The notes under the pieces are model-generated. The model made no database searches and had not been told where the DNA came from. It saw only the letters and a list, made by a program, of their open reading frames with translations. Shown piece by piece: positions 41,859 to 52,410 of a stretch of 64,000 bases of DNA (position 1 is its first letter; every line of letters begins with the position of its first letter). The stretch comes from Verrucomicrobiia bacterium (lineage in GTDB: Bacteria; Verrucomicrobiota; Verrucomicrobiia; Limisphaerales; UBA1319): NCBI GenBank assembly GCA_963664225.1, contig OY760937.1, forward strand, positions 3,104,001 to 3,168,000. Reading direction: 5' to 3'. The position numbers and the translations under genes were made by a program.

Positions 41859-42428
41859 ATGACCCAAAACGCTGAAATTGAGGCCATTTACCATTCCCGG
41901 ATTCTGAAGGTGGCGGCGGATTCTGTGGCAAACGGGGTGGAGCGTGGAATGCCTCTGGAGGTGGAACCGGCGGATTATCCTCCGCCCCTTCAGCTTCCCC
42001 GGGCGGTCTTTGTAACCCTGATGATCGGGGACCGTTTGCGTGGCTGCATCGGCACTCTGGAGTCCCTCCGTCCGTTGATTTCCAATACGGCCGAATACGC
42101 TTATGCGGCCGCCTTTCGCGATTCGCGTTTCGATCCCGTCACGCGCCAGGAATACCCCCGGCTCCAATATCATGTTTCCATCCTGAGTCCCCCGGTACCC
42201 CTGCCGTGCGATTCCGAGGAGGAATTGATTGCAAAAGTCCGGCCCGGGATCGACGGTTTGATACTCGAGGACGGTCCCTGCCGGGCCACTTTTCTGCCTT
42301 CCGTGTGGGAGGATCTGCGCGATCCGGCGGAGTTCATCCGTCGGCTGAAAATCAAGGCGGGCATGCCTGAACGCGGTTGGTCGGACACGATGACCGTGCG
42401 GATTTATACCGCGCAAAGCATCGGTTGA
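41859..42428 (+). CDS. amrA: AMMECR1-domain protein (AmmeMemoRadiSam protein A)
   Basis: VFVTL, LRGCIG, AAFRDSRF, SILS, ATFLPSVW. Confidence 0.9.
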   Translation: MTQNAEIEAIYHSRILKVAADSVANGVERGMPLEVEPADYPPPLQLPRAVFVTLMIGDRLRGCIGTLESLRPLISNTAEYAYAAAFRDSRFDPVTRQEYPRLQYHVSILSPPVPLPCDSEEELIAKVRPGIDGLILEDGPCRATFLPSVWEDLRDPAEFIRRLKIKAGMPERGWSDTMTVRIYTAQSIG

Positions 42429-42471
42429 CACCGTCCGGCAGCCGCAAATCCCTGTTGTTTCTGACCCACGC

Positions 42472-43341
42472 CTATTGATTGTCTGGCTTGTCAGGCTTCT
42501 TGCGATTGTGGTTCGGGAGCGGGGGCGGGGCGCTGAGTTTGCGGTAAATCCAGGTTTCAATGGGCCGCAGCGGTTGCAGCCAGCGATAAAACGGCGAATA
42601 CACCAGCCGCAGACGCATCACCGAGAGGAACATGACGAGCGAGGTTTTGCCCAGAACGACTTTGGAACCGATCTGATCAGTCCATTCGGTGGGCACCTCG
42701 AGAATGGAATATCCGGCGCGTTTTAGGACGTATAAAAGGTTGATATCGAAGGCCATATCCGCAATTCGCAATGCCGGGTGAACGCGTTCCACCGCCTCGC
42801 GCTTCATGACTTTGGCCCCGCATTGTGTGTCCCTCAGATTCATCCAGAAAAAACCCTGCACGATCATGTGGAATATGCGGCTGGCAAACTGACGCTTGCC
42901 CGACTGGCTTTGGTGAAGAATTGCCCCGGGTAGCCAGCGCGAACCGATGACACAATCCGCGCGGTCGCACTTTTTGACGAGATCCAGAAATGCGGCTGGA
43001 GCTGTCGCACCGTCCGCATCCACATAGCCGATGAGATCGGCCGTGGGCCACAGCTTCAACCCTTCGATAAGGGCGCCGCCCTTGCCGATAGGCGCGGGGA
43101 AATTCAAGGCCCGGATTTCCGGGAACTCCGCCGAGGCGTCTTCAACAACGCTCAATGTGCCGTCGTTGCAACCATTTAAAACGACGACCAATTCGAATTT
43201 CCCGGGGTAATTTGCGCGGAAATAGGTGGCGTAGTCCCTCAATACCGGGGCAATCCGGCGTTCTTCATTGTACGCCGGGATCAGGAGCAGGACACTGGGA
43301 ACTACTTGGGTCACAAGGTATTGTTTAGCAAATATTTTCAA
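42472..43341 (-). CDS. Glycosyltransferase family 2 (polyprenyl-phosphate glycosyltransferase-like)
   Basis: IPAYNEE, GKGGA, YVDADG, IGSR, DTQCGAK; start may be the GTG near 43314. Confidence 0.9.
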   Translation of the reverse strand: MKIFAKQYLVTQVVPSVLLLIPAYNEERRIAPVLRDYATYFRANYPGKFELVVVLNGCNDGTLSVVEDASAEFPEIRALNFPAPIGKGGALIEGLKLWPTADLIGYVDADGATAPAAFLDLVKKCDRADCVIGSRWLPGAILHQSQSGKRQFASRIFHMIVQGFFWMNLRDTQCGAKVMKREAVERVHPALRIADMAFDINLLYVLKRAGYSILEVPTEWTDQIGSKVVLGKTSLVMFLSVMRLRLVYSPFYRWLQPLRPIETWIYRKLSAPPPLPNHNRKKPDKPDNQ

Positions 43342-43517
43342 AAAAGCAATCGGCGCGATGCCTTCTTTTCAGAAAAATCGAATATTCCGGTCAACCCGAC
43401 TTTAACTCCTTGTAACCAACCGCCGCGCTATGCCGTCTTAATCACCGTAATGAACGAGATTTGCAAGCCGGTAACGGAATCCGGTTTCAGGACTCGAACG
43501 ACTACAAAGACAAGTTT

Positions 43518-43925
43518 ATGAAGATGATGAAATACAGTGTGATCGCGGCGCTCGCCCTTGGCGGGTTGGTAATGACAACCCCCATGACCTTCGCTCAGGA
43601 TTCGGCCACAACACCGACCGCCACGCAGAACGGAAGAGGCCAACGCGGCCAGGGTCAGACCATTCAAGCTTTGACCAAGGAACTCTCCCTGACGGATGCT
43701 CAAGTCAAGGATGCCAAGCCCCTTTTTGAAAAACGCGCCACCGCCATGAAGGAACTGCGCGCCAAGAACCTAGACAGGACGGAAATGCGTCCGGCGATGC
43801 AGAAGATCCAGAAGGATTTCACCGACGGCATGAACAAGATCCTCACTGCCGACCAGAAGACCAAATGGGAAGCAGCGCGCAAAGCCGCCCAGGAAAAGGC
43901 CCGCAATCGCGCTCCGCAGCAATAA
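43518..43925 (+). CDS. Exported helical protein, Spy/CpxP (LTxxQ)-like
   Basis: Signal peptide ending in TFA; two LTxxQ motifs (LTDAQ, LTADQ). Confidence 0.7.
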   Translation: MKMMKYSVIAALALGGLVMTTPMTFAQDSATTPTATQNGRGQRGQGQTIQALTKELSLTDAQVKDAKPLFEKRATAMKELRAKNLDRTEMRPAMQKIQKDFTDGMNKILTADQKTKWEAARKAAQEKARNRAPQQ

Positions 43926-43988
43926 GACACCGCTCCCATTCAATTCACCGGATCCATTTCACAATGGATGCGGATCTGAAATATAAAA

Positions 43989-44017
43989 AAGTTGGATCGT
44001 CTGATCCAACTTCTTTC
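43989..44017. terminator. Bidirectional intrinsic terminator
   Basis: aagttggatc-gtct-gatccaactt with an A-run upstream and T-rich sequence downstream, between convergent genes. Confidence 0.75.
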
Positions 44018-44117
44018 TGTACACATAAAAACCTGTGCGAGACCGCAGAAGCGATCCCAACCAGGTAATTATTTGCGGGATTCCCCGGTCAGGGGCCGAA
44101 AACCGCGATCAGCCGGA

Positions 44118-44546
44118 TCAATGGCAGCCGCAGCCGCCGCCACCACCAGAACTGCAACACCCTTCTTCCTGCATATCCTCTTCCACAGGCAGGCGTCCCA
44201 ATTCGAGAGTCTTGCTCACATGTTGAACGACGAGTTTTTTCAAGTCGTGGAGGGATTCCTGGGCGTCCAGGAAACCAGTGGCCACCGGATTCTTGAGTAG
44301 GGCGTCGCGCTGTTTTTCAAAATCCTCGATTTCGTCGGGCGTCAGTTGGCCGCCTTCCTGTTGCTTGCCGCGCAGGGCGGTGCCCAATTCAGAAACGGCC
44401 TGGTATTGCTTCCGGGATTCCTCGTGATCCATGAATGCCTGGATGCGATTCTGCAGGTCTTTATACTCGGGATGATCCAAAATGAGCTGGCAAAGTTCTT
44501 TTGTTTTAAGAACCACTGCGCCGTTGGATGCCATTAATTGCGTCAT
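44118..44546 (-). CDS. YlbF/YmcA family protein with Cys/His-rich tail
   Basis: Helical body (ELCQLILDHPEY...NPVATGFLDAQE); C-terminal GCCSSGGGGGCGCH. Confidence 0.75.
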   Translation of the reverse strand: MTQLMASNGAVVLKTKELCQLILDHPEYKDLQNRIQAFMDHEESRKQYQAVSELGTALRGKQQEGGQLTPDEIEDFEKQRDALLKNPVATGFLDAQESLHDLKKLVVQHVSKTLELGRLPVEEDMQEEGCCSSGGGGGCGCH

Positions 44547-44692
44547 ACGATATATCTATTGCGGACAGGGGCGAGGGCATCATTGCCCAAACCGCCAGCC
44601 AGAGGATAATACATCACACTTAAAGCCAAAGCGCAACTCCGGGCAAATCGATGTCGCGCGGTGTGCCGACCGCACGGAAACCTGACGGTCCA

Positions 44693-45280
44693 TCAGGCCG
44701 CGGGCCATGTGGAGGAGGCGCTCTGCGGACTGGCGTTGAGCTGGCGCACCCCATCCACCACATAAAGGGCGCCGGATGCCGCCGTGGTCAGCGCGGTGGC
44801 CAGGGCCAGGTAATAAATGCTCGCGGAATTCCATTTGAGCAGCGTCCAGCTCACCACCACCATCAGGAGAACCGTTGAGATCTTTCCAAGAATGCGCGGT
44901 CGGACCCGCATTTTGCCGCAGGTGTAGTGAATAACGAGGGAGCCGAGCAACAAAATGGCGTCCCGGCTGAACACGATCGCCGTCAGCCACAGCGGCAACT
45001 GGTCGAACCGGGGGCGATTGTTGAAACTCAGCAGGATCAGCGCCGAGATCAGGAGGAGTTTGTCCGCCAGCGGATCCAGCACCGCGCCCAATTCGCTGAA
45101 TTGATTGTAATGCCGCGCGATGTAGCCATCGATGCCGTCGCTGATGGCCGCCAGGGCAAAGGCGAGCACCGCGATCAGCCGACAGACTTCATTGCCCGTC
45201 TGTACATAGTACACCGCCTGCACAATAAACACAGGTATGAGCAGTATCCGCCCGATGGTGACTTTGTTGGCTGTGGTCAT
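44693..45280 (-). CDS. CDP-alcohol phosphatidyltransferase (PgsA-like)
   Basis: ANKVTIGR, SDGIDGYIARHYNQFSELGAVLDPLADK. Confidence 0.92.
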   Translation of the reverse strand: MTTANKVTIGRILLIPVFIVQAVYYVQTGNEVCRLIAVLAFALAAISDGIDGYIARHYNQFSELGAVLDPLADKLLLISALILLSFNNRPRFDQLPLWLTAIVFSRDAILLLGSLVIHYTCGKMRVRPRILGKISTVLLMVVVSWTLLKWNSASIYYLALATALTTAASGALYVVDGVRQLNASPQSASSTWPAA

Positions 45281-45498
45281 GCAACTTGGATGGTTCCTCT
45301 CCCGCCAATGAACCATGGAACCACTGTCGTCGCGCTAAACATAAGTCAATAGTCAATATTTAGCAAGGCGGGCCCGCCTTCGACCGCGCGCGCGAGAAAT
45401 ATTTCGGGAGGCTTGACACGCTGGCTGCGGCTTGTTTGTGTGGGGCCATGTACGCCCGTTTTTCAGTTCGCACAACCGTGCCTTGAGAGGAAAACACC

Positions 45499-46932
45499 AT
45501 GCCAAATTTAACCCGTCGCACTTTTCTAAGTTCCATCGGTTTGACCGGCGCCTCCCTGTGCCTGGGAACCTCGTGGGCCACCGCCAGGGTTCCTGGCGCC
45601 AATGACACCGTTCAGATTGGTGTCGCCGGACTCAACGGACGCGGCGGGGACCATATCAACGCGTTCCTGGAAATGAAGAACGTCCGCATCGCCTACCTGA
45701 TCGATCCCGACAAGCGCACCTGGGCGGCCAAGGTCAAAATGATCCAGGACAAGGCGGGATACACCCCAAAAACAGTGCAGGACGTCCGGCAGGCGCTCGA
45801 GGACAAAAGCCTGGACGCGGTATCCATTGCCACGCCTAACCACTGGCATTCGCTGATCGCCATTTGGGCCTGCCAGGCGGGCAAGGACGTGTATGTGGAA
45901 AAACCGTGCAGCCATAATGTGCGCGAAGGCCGCATTCTCGTGGAAACGGCGCGCAGGTATGACCGCATTGTGCAACACGGCACCCAGAGCCGCACCGGGA
46001 CACTTGGCGTTCAGGCCCGTGAACTCGCCAAATCCGGTCAGTATGGCAAGCTGCTTGTTTCCCGCGGACTGTGTTACAAACCGCGCGTGAGCATCGGCTT
46101 CAAGCCCGAGAAAACTCCCCCGCCGGAACTGGACTTCAATATCTGGCTCGGGCCCGCGCCCGAACAGCCGTTTCACGAAAACCTGGTTCACTACAACTGG
46201 CACTGGTTCTGGGACACCGGAAACGGCGACATCGGTAACAACGGCGTTCATCAAATGGACATTGCGCGCTGGGGCATTCCCGGGGCCACACTGCCCAGGA
46301 GTGTCATCAGCCTGGGGGGCCGTTTCGGCTATACCGATCAGGGCCAGACCGCGAACACGCAGATTGCCATCTACGATTTCGGCGCCACGCAGTTGGTATT
46401 CGAGGTGCGCGGGCTTAACACGGATGGTTTCAGGGGACAGAAAATCGAAAATTTCTTCCACTATGAAAAAGGGACGCTGACCGGCGGGAAATACACTCCC
46501 AACGAAGGCGGCGAGGCCATCAAACTGCCCACTGGTCAATTCAAACTCGGGCCGGGCGATAATCACTTCGCCAATTTCATCGCCGCAGTCCGCAGCCACA
46601 AAAAGTCTGATCTGAACGCTGAAATTCTCGAGGGCCACTACAGCAGCGCCCTCTGTCATCTGGCCAACATTTCCTATCGCTTGGGCGAGACGGTTCCTTT
46701 CAATTCCAAGACCAAGGCCTTTGGCGACAACAAGGAGGCCTACGATACGCTCGCCCGCATGGAGCAGCATCTGGCGGGTGAAAACGGCCTGAAGCTCGAC
46801 GGCCTGCAATACCGCCTGGGACGCAAACTGATCATCGACGCCAAGTCGGAAAAGATCGTCAACGATCCCGAGGCGTCGAGGATGCTCACCCGAGAGTATC
46901 GCAAACCGTTCGTCGTGCCGGACAAAGTGTGA
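45499..46932 (+). CDS. Tat-exported Gfo/Idh/MocA oxidoreductase
   Basis: TRRTFL Tat motif, IATPNHWH, DVYVEKP, GNGDIGNNGVH. Confidence 0.92.
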   Translation: MPNLTRRTFLSSIGLTGASLCLGTSWATARVPGANDTVQIGVAGLNGRGGDHINAFLEMKNVRIAYLIDPDKRTWAAKVKMIQDKAGYTPKTVQDVRQALEDKSLDAVSIATPNHWHSLIAIWACQAGKDVYVEKPCSHNVREGRILVETARRYDRIVQHGTQSRTGTLGVQARELAKSGQYGKLLVSRGLCYKPRVSIGFKPEKTPPPELDFNIWLGPAPEQPFHENLVHYNWHWFWDTGNGDIGNNGVHQMDIARWGIPGATLPRSVISLGGRFGYTDQGQTANTQIAIYDFGATQLVFEVRGLNTDGFRGQKIENFFHYEKGTLTGGKYTPNEGGEAIKLPTGQFKLGPGDNHFANFIAAVRSHKKSDLNAEILEGHYSSALCHLANISYRLGETVPFNSKTKAFGDNKEAYDTLARMEQHLAGENGLKLDGLQYRLGRKLIIDAKSEKIVNDPEASRMLTREYRKPFVVPDKV

Positions 46933-46933
46933 G

Positions 46934-49408
46934 GTGCTAGTGACGAACGGGACACCGGGCGTTGGGATGTCACGAATTGCGGTTCTCTGGAGCCGCAAAA
47001 TCGGATTTCCCCTGGTTCCGGTCGCGTTGCTTTACACAGCGGGCATTCTTTTGGGCCGTCTGGCTCCAGCGCCGTCCCTGATGTGGCTGTTTGGCGGTTG
47101 CCTGCTGGCGCTGGCCGCCTGGTTCATTTCGCACAAGCAGCAGAGTCGGTGGCAATGTTCATTGGCCGTGCTTTTGGTTCTGGCAGGCTGGACGAATCTG
47201 GTCTGTCGCACGCAACCGCTATCCCCGAACGATCTACGGTTTTTACTTAAAGGCGAACCCGAGCTGATCGCATTGCGCGGAGTTCTGACGGAAACTCCGT
47301 CCGAGCGGATTCAGGAGCGACGGGGCCGGGAATATTCGCGTGCGCTTGCCTTGGTGGACGTCACTCAAATCGAACGCAACGCCAATGGAAATTGGGAACC
47401 GGCCTTTGGACGGGTGATCGTCAGCACCACGGGGACACTTCCGCCCAGCTATTACGGTGGACACGGAGTGGAAATTGCCGGCGTGATTGAATCGCCCAAA
47501 TCCGCCGCCGCAGAGGGATTGTTCGATTACCGGGAATATCTCTATTGGCAGGGGGTCCACTTCTCAGTGCGCGCATCCACAAACGATTGGAAGTTGATCG
47601 CACCCGATCCCGGCGAACCCTCAGTATCCGATCGTTTTGCCCAATGGGCGCATGGCGTTCTCGCGCGCGGTTTGCCTGTGGAGGACGAATCGCTGCGCCT
47701 CATCTGGGCCCTGGCGCTGGGATGGAAAACCGGCCTCACGAACGAGGTGTCCGAGTCTTTCATGCGGACCGGAACGATGCACATCTTCGCGATCAGCGGC
47801 CTGCACATGGTCTTGATCGCGGGCATCCTGGTGAGCCTGCTGCGCGTGGCGCGGATTCCCAGAGGGGTTTGTGGCTGGCTGGTAATCCCGGCCATCTGGT
47901 TCTACACGGGTGTCACCGGCTGGCAATCCTCGGCCATCCGCTCCACGGTGATGATGACCGTGGTCATTGCCGGCTGGGCTTTGCACCGTCCAGGCAATTT
48001 GCTCAACTCCCTTTCAGCGGCAGGTTTTATTCTGTTGCTGTGGGATCCGCGCCAGCTCTTTCAGGCGAGCTTCCAACTCTCCTTTTTCGTGGTGCTCATG
48101 CTGGGCCTGCTCTCACCCGTCTTCGCGGAATTGCGGGAACAAATCCACCAGACCGACCCAATGCTTCCGGATAAGCTGCGGCCCGGGTGGAAACGAATCC
48201 TGGAAACTCCTTGGCGTTGGCTCACTGCGAGCTTCAGCACCTCGTTTGCGGCGTGGGTGGGATCGCTGCCAATCATCGCCTGGTATTTTCACATGATCAC
48301 CCCGGTGAGCCTGCTGGCCAATCTGGTCATCATCCCCCTGAGCAGCTTCGCGTTGATGTGCCACATGGGCAGCCTTGTCTGCGGTCCATGGTGCGACTGG
48401 GCCTGCGTGCTCTTCAACCATGGCGGCTGGTTTTTTATGACGGTCATGGTGAAATTGAGCGATTGGATGGCCCAATGGCCCACTGCATTCCTCTATGTTC
48501 GCCCGCCGGGAACGGTCTATTTCCTGATCTATTACGGAGTGCTGTTTGGATTTTTAGTCCTGTCTGGCCCTCCCAAGACCTGGCGGCGATGGGCCGTCGC
48601 AACCGCCATTTTTGTGGGCCTTCTTGTGCTTCTTCCATTGTCGAACCTGCGTATCCATCCGCGCCTGACCGTGCTCGCGGTTCAGAATGGCGATGCCATT
48701 TTTCTCGATGCGCCATTCTGGGAGAAGGATTTTCTGATCGATGCCGGAAATGAGGAAACAGGAGAGTTTCTCGTCAAACCCTTCCTGGGCGCCCAAGGTG
48801 TAAACGGGCTCCCATACTGCGTTCTGACGCATGGCGATATTGCCCATGTGGGCGGATTTCCTGTCATTCATGAGACTTTTAAACCGCGCCGGTATCGGAC
48901 AGGTGCGCTTCCGTTCCGGTCCCCGGTTTACCGGCGGGAATTAAAGGATTGGAAGGATAAGATACAGAGCGCATCCCGGGGCGCGCGCATTGGCATCTGG
49001 ACCGTGTTGCATCCTGACGCCGGAGATTCCTTTTCATTGGCCGACGATAAGGCGCTGGTGCTGCGCGGCACAGTCGAGGGAGTTCGCGTCCTCCTGCTTT
49101 CGGACTTGGGCAAGTTGGGCCAGCGCGCGTTGCTGGAACGCGAACCGGATCTGCGCGCGGATATCGTGGTGGCTGGCTGGCCTTCGAATGGCGAGCCGCT
49201 TCAGGACGATCTGCTGGCGGCCATCCAACCCCGTCTCATTCTCCTGAGCACCGCAGGCACACGTTCCTCGAACGCATTAAAGAAACAGATGCTCGCTCGA
49301 CTATCGCGCTTGGGCGCAGAAGTCAAAACCACCGAAACCTCCGGTTCCATGACTCTCGAATTCGCCCGCGCGCAATGGACACTCAAGGAATATGGAAAAG
49401 TCGAATGA
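46934..49408 (+). CDS. comEC: ComEC/Rec2 DNA-uptake channel
   Basis: TGTMHIFAISGLHM, SAIRS, SFQLSF; OB region FDYREYL; C-terminal MBL-fold domain; start may be the ATG at 46967. Confidence 0.9.
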   Translation: MLVTNGTPGVGMSRIAVLWSRKIGFPLVPVALLYTAGILLGRLAPAPSLMWLFGGCLLALAAWFISHKQQSRWQCSLAVLLVLAGWTNLVCRTQPLSPNDLRFLLKGEPELIALRGVLTETPSERIQERRGREYSRALALVDVTQIERNANGNWEPAFGRVIVSTTGTLPPSYYGGHGVEIAGVIESPKSAAAEGLFDYREYLYWQGVHFSVRASTNDWKLIAPDPGEPSVSDRFAQWAHGVLARGLPVEDESLRLIWALALGWKTGLTNEVSESFMRTGTMHIFAISGLHMVLIAGILVSLLRVARIPRGVCGWLVIPAIWFYTGVTGWQSSAIRSTVMMTVVIAGWALHRPGNLLNSLSAAGFILLLWDPRQLFQASFQLSFFVVLMLGLLSPVFAELREQIHQTDPMLPDKLRPGWKRILETPWRWLTASFSTSFAAWVGSLPIIAWYFHMITPVSLLANLVIIPLSSFALMCHMGSLVCGPWCDWACVLFNHGGWFFMTVMVKLSDWMAQWPTAFLYVRPPGTVYFLIYYGVLFGFLVLSGPPKTWRRWAVATAIFVGLLVLLPLSNLRIHPRLTVLAVQNGDAIFLDAPFWEKDFLIDAGNEETGEFLVKPFLGAQGVNGLPYCVLTHGDIAHVGGFPVIHETFKPRRYRTGALPFRSPVYRRELKDWKDKIQSASRGARIGIWTVLHPDAGDSFSLADDKALVLRGTVEGVRVLLLSDLGKLGQRALLEREPDLRADIVVAGWPSNGEPLQDDLLAAIQPRLILLSTAGTRSSNALKKQMLARLSRLGAEVKTTETSGSMTLEFARAQWTLKEYGKVE

Positions 49409-49476
49409 TGCCGTCAACCTCCGGTTCATTGAAACCGGCGTTGCTTTTATTAAGGAACCAGACTCAGCCTGCGCGT

Positions 49477-50046
49477 TCAGCGCGAAAGCGTGAGGAAGTT
49501 CTTCAGAATGGTCCGGCCCTGGTCGGTCAAAATGCTTTCAGGATGAAACTGCACGCCCCAAATCGGATACTCCCGGTGGCGCACGCCCATGATTTCGCCT
49601 TCCTCAGTGTCAGCCGTAATTTCCAGGCACGTCGGCAGGCTGTCGCGTTCGATCACCAGGGAATGATAACGCGTGGCATTGAAAGGATTGGGCATGCCCG
49701 CAAAGAGGTCCTTGCCATTGTGCCGGATAGGCGAAGTCTTGCCGTGCATCATCCGGTAATTGACGTTCACCGTTCCGCCAAACGTGTGACCGATGCATTG
49801 GTGGCCCAGACAAACACCGAACACCGGCAAATGCGGCCCGAAGGTCTTGATGATCTCGTTGGAGATGCCCGCCTCGCGCGGCGAACAGGGGCCGGGCGAG
49901 ACGAGTATGCGTTCCGGGTTCAGCGCCCGGATTTCCTCCAGCTTCACCTGGTCGTTGCGCAGCACCTTGACATCCACCTGCAATTCCCCGAGGTATTGCA
50001 CTAGGTTGTAGGTGAATGAATCGTAATTATCTATGACCAAAACCAT
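49477..50046 (-). CDS. Anthranilate/aminodeoxychorismate synthase component II (glutamine amidotransferase, TrpG/PabA)
   Basis: [37 protein letters not shown]. Confidence 0.95.
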   Translation of the reverse strand: MVLVIDNYDSFTYNLVQYLGELQVDVKVLRNDQVKLEEIRALNPERILVSPGPCSPREAGISNEIIKTFGPHLPVFGVCLGHQCIGHTFGGTVNVNYRMMHGKTSPIRHNGKDLFAGMPNPFNATRYHSLVIERDSLPTCLEITADTEEGEIMGVRHREYPIWGVQFHPESILTDQGRTILKNFLTLSR

Positions 50047-50261
50047 AAGATCGTCTCGGCCAAGTTAATGGATAAACCCCGTGTTGCGCCAGTGATTTGT
50101 TGATCCACGAGCCGGAAAGCCGGAAATGCATTGCGGACCAATTCAGTTTCAGAGTTCGGCCCGTGTCCATTTGCGAATCGGGTGTTTGAGATTATGTTGT
50201 GGTTCAATAACGCCGCAACGAATGCGTCATTTCGGTGCGCGTTAAACACGGACAAGGAATT

Positions 50262-50735
50262 ATGCCCAAAAAAGTGGAAGTAAATTTGAAACCGGGAGAC
50301 AAGGCGCCCGATTTCGATGCCCCGGCCAGCAACGGCGGTCGCATCTCGCTGGCCAGCCAGGCCGGAAAAAATGTGATTTTGTATTTCTATCCCAAGGATG
50401 ACACCCCCGGATGCACCAAAGAAGCCTGCGCCTTCCGCGATCATTTCGCCGACTTCCAGAAAAAAGGGGCCGTGATTCTGGGTGTGAGCGTGGACCCGGT
50501 CGTGTCCCACGATAAATTCATCGCCAAATACAAACTGTCGTTCCCCTTGCTCTCCGATGAGGACAAAAAGATCGTCCATGCCTACGGGGTGTGGGGCGAA
50601 AAAGTGTTCATGGGGCGCAAATACCAGGGCACGCATCGGGTCACTTTCTTGATCGGACCGAATGGAGTCATCAAGAACATCTGGACGGAGGTCAAACCGG
50701 GCGAACACGCCGAGGAAGTTCTCGCGGCACTTTGA
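50262..50735 (+). CDS. bcp: Peroxiredoxin Q / BCP
   Basis: YFYPKDDTPGCTKEAC. Confidence 0.93.
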   Translation: MPKKVEVNLKPGDKAPDFDAPASNGGRISLASQAGKNVILYFYPKDDTPGCTKEACAFRDHFADFQKKGAVILGVSVDPVVSHDKFIAKYKLSFPLLSDEDKKIVHAYGVWGEKVFMGRKYQGTHRVTFLIGPNGVIKNIWTEVKPGEHAEEVLAAL

Positions 50736-50806
50736 CAAAACACAGTTTTGGTATTACAATGAGGGCTGTGGCTTTTGAGAACAATTAAGGAAACAATAAA
50801 AATATT

Positions 50807-51286
50807 ATGGCACTGAATGTTGGGGCCAAAGCGCCCGATTTTTCCCTGAAATCCAAACAGGCCTCCGGTCTGGTGGACGTGAAACTGAGCAATAACTTTG
50901 GCAAAAAGAACACGGTCGTCCTGTTCTTCCCCCTGGCGTTCACCGGCGTTTGTACGGCGGAAATGTGCGAACTGACCAACAGCCTTTCCCAGTATTCCTC
51001 CCTGAATGCCGATGTCATTGCCATCAGCGTGGACAGTCCTTTCTCGCAGGAAGTCTGGGCGCAGAAGGAAAAGATCAGCATCACGCTGGCCAGCGACCTG
51101 AACAAACAGACCGCCAAGGCCTTCGGCGTCCTTCTGGATGACCTGGGCGGGCTGGGATCGGTGAGCGCGCGCGCCGCGTTTGTGGTCGATAAGAATGGAG
51201 TCGTTCAATACGCCGAGCAGACCCCCACCGTGAAAGACCTTCCGAATTTCAGCAAGGTCAAAGAGGCCCTGGCCAAACTGAAGTAA
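50807..51286 (+). CDS. Peroxiredoxin (AhpE-like)
   Basis: FFPLAFTGVCTAEMC, ISVDSPF, RAAFVVD. Confidence 0.9.
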   Translation: MALNVGAKAPDFSLKSKQASGLVDVKLSNNFGKKNTVVLFFPLAFTGVCTAEMCELTNSLSQYSSLNADVIAISVDSPFSQEVWAQKEKISITLASDLNKQTAKAFGVLLDDLGGLGSVSARAAFVVDKNGVVQYAEQTPTVKDLPNFSKVKEALAKLK

Positions 51287-51317
51287 GCGCAGTCGGTAAT
51301 TTCTTTGGATTGGCAGG

Positions 51318-51357
51318 CAGCCGGACCCTCCTTAGCGGGGCGTCCGGCTGTTTTTTT
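51318..51357 (+). terminator. Intrinsic terminator after the peroxiredoxin pair
   Basis: cagccggac...gtccggctg followed by T7. Confidence 0.85.
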
Positions 51358-51370
51358 AAGAAACCTGTTC

Positions 51371-52264
51371 TCAGCCAGGCACCACGACCCGGATCTTCTT
51401 CGAGTGCATCTGAAGCGTTGCAGGCAGCCGACCCACGAGTTCCCCGTCCAGTTCAAAACCCACTTTTTCGTCGCATTGCAGCGTCAGCGTTTGCGTTTGC
51501 AGGTGCGTGACACCTCGTGTGGGACGCCTGAACGTCGCGAGAGCCACCGGCGCGCAAAAAGCCAGAAAGGCCGTGTTGATTTTGGGAAACAGGGCGACAT
51601 CCATTTTGTGATCGCAAAGGTCCGCCTCGGGAAAGAGCCGGAACGGACCCCCGTAATACCGGCCATTGCCAATCACCACGGCATCAGCCACCCCTTTCCC
51701 CTCTGGAGTGCCCCAGTCAATCCTGGGATGCCGCTCCAACAACGCGATGCAGGCCGCCACGCCATAGGCGATAAACGCGCTCCTCTTTTTCCATTTCCAG
51801 CTCACCAATTCCACCGCTCGCGCGTCGGGTCCGGCGCCGGCCAATTGAATAAAATAACGGCTCTCCATTCCCAGCGGGGAGGAGAATCGAGCCTCGCCCA
51901 GATCGATGGATCGCTCCGTGCCTCCGCGGATGATTTCCCAGGCGCGCTCCAAACGAGTCGGCAGCTTGATCTCCAGTCCGAATACATTTGCGGTACCGAT
52001 CGGGAGAACGCCGAGGCGGGAGCGTTCGAACCCCCCGGGAGCGTCGCCGATGCCGTTGACCACCTCGTTCACCGTGCCATCACCGCCGGCAGCCACAATC
52101 GTGTCGAAGCCCTCAATCACAGCCTCCGCCGCCAGGAGACGCCCCGCCCCCGCCGCAGGAGTGGGTTTAAGGGTGCATTCGCCGCGCAGGCCCTCCAGAT
52201 ACTGGCGCAGGCGTTCGGCTTTTGCCCCGCGGGCCGTTGGATTATAGATGATGCAGGCGCGCAT
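51371..52264 (-). CDS. Diacylglycerol/lipid kinase family (YegS/DgkB-like)
   Basis: IYNPTA, AAGGDGTVNEV, LPIGTANVF, NGRYYGG, ELDGE. Confidence 0.9.
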   Translation of the reverse strand: MRACIIYNPTARGAKAERLRQYLEGLRGECTLKPTPAAGAGRLLAAEAVIEGFDTIVAAGGDGTVNEVVNGIGDAPGGFERSRLGVLPIGTANVFGLEIKLPTRLERAWEIIRGGTERSIDLGEARFSSPLGMESRYFIQLAGAGPDARAVELVSWKWKKRSAFIAYGVAACIALLERHPRIDWGTPEGKGVADAVVIGNGRYYGGPFRLFPEADLCDHKMDVALFPKINTAFLAFCAPVALATFRRPTRGVTHLQTQTLTLQCDEKVGFELDGELVGRLPATLQMHSKKIRVVVPG

Positions 52265-52410
52265 GAGGGACTCTTTGACCATTTCAACGGGTTCGCACGA
52301 AACCTTTGTATGCGAAGCGCGTTTTCAAGAAAAGGCCGAATTCCAGCCACGCAATGTGACGGTCCTTGAATGGTGAATTTCTGGTGAAATGAAATTCCCA
52401 GAAACAACGA

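Noticed and set aside
41859..42428. Complete AmmeMemoRadiSam system
   Set aside because: Only the A component is present. The Memo-like and radical SAM partners are not in the window and are often unlinked.
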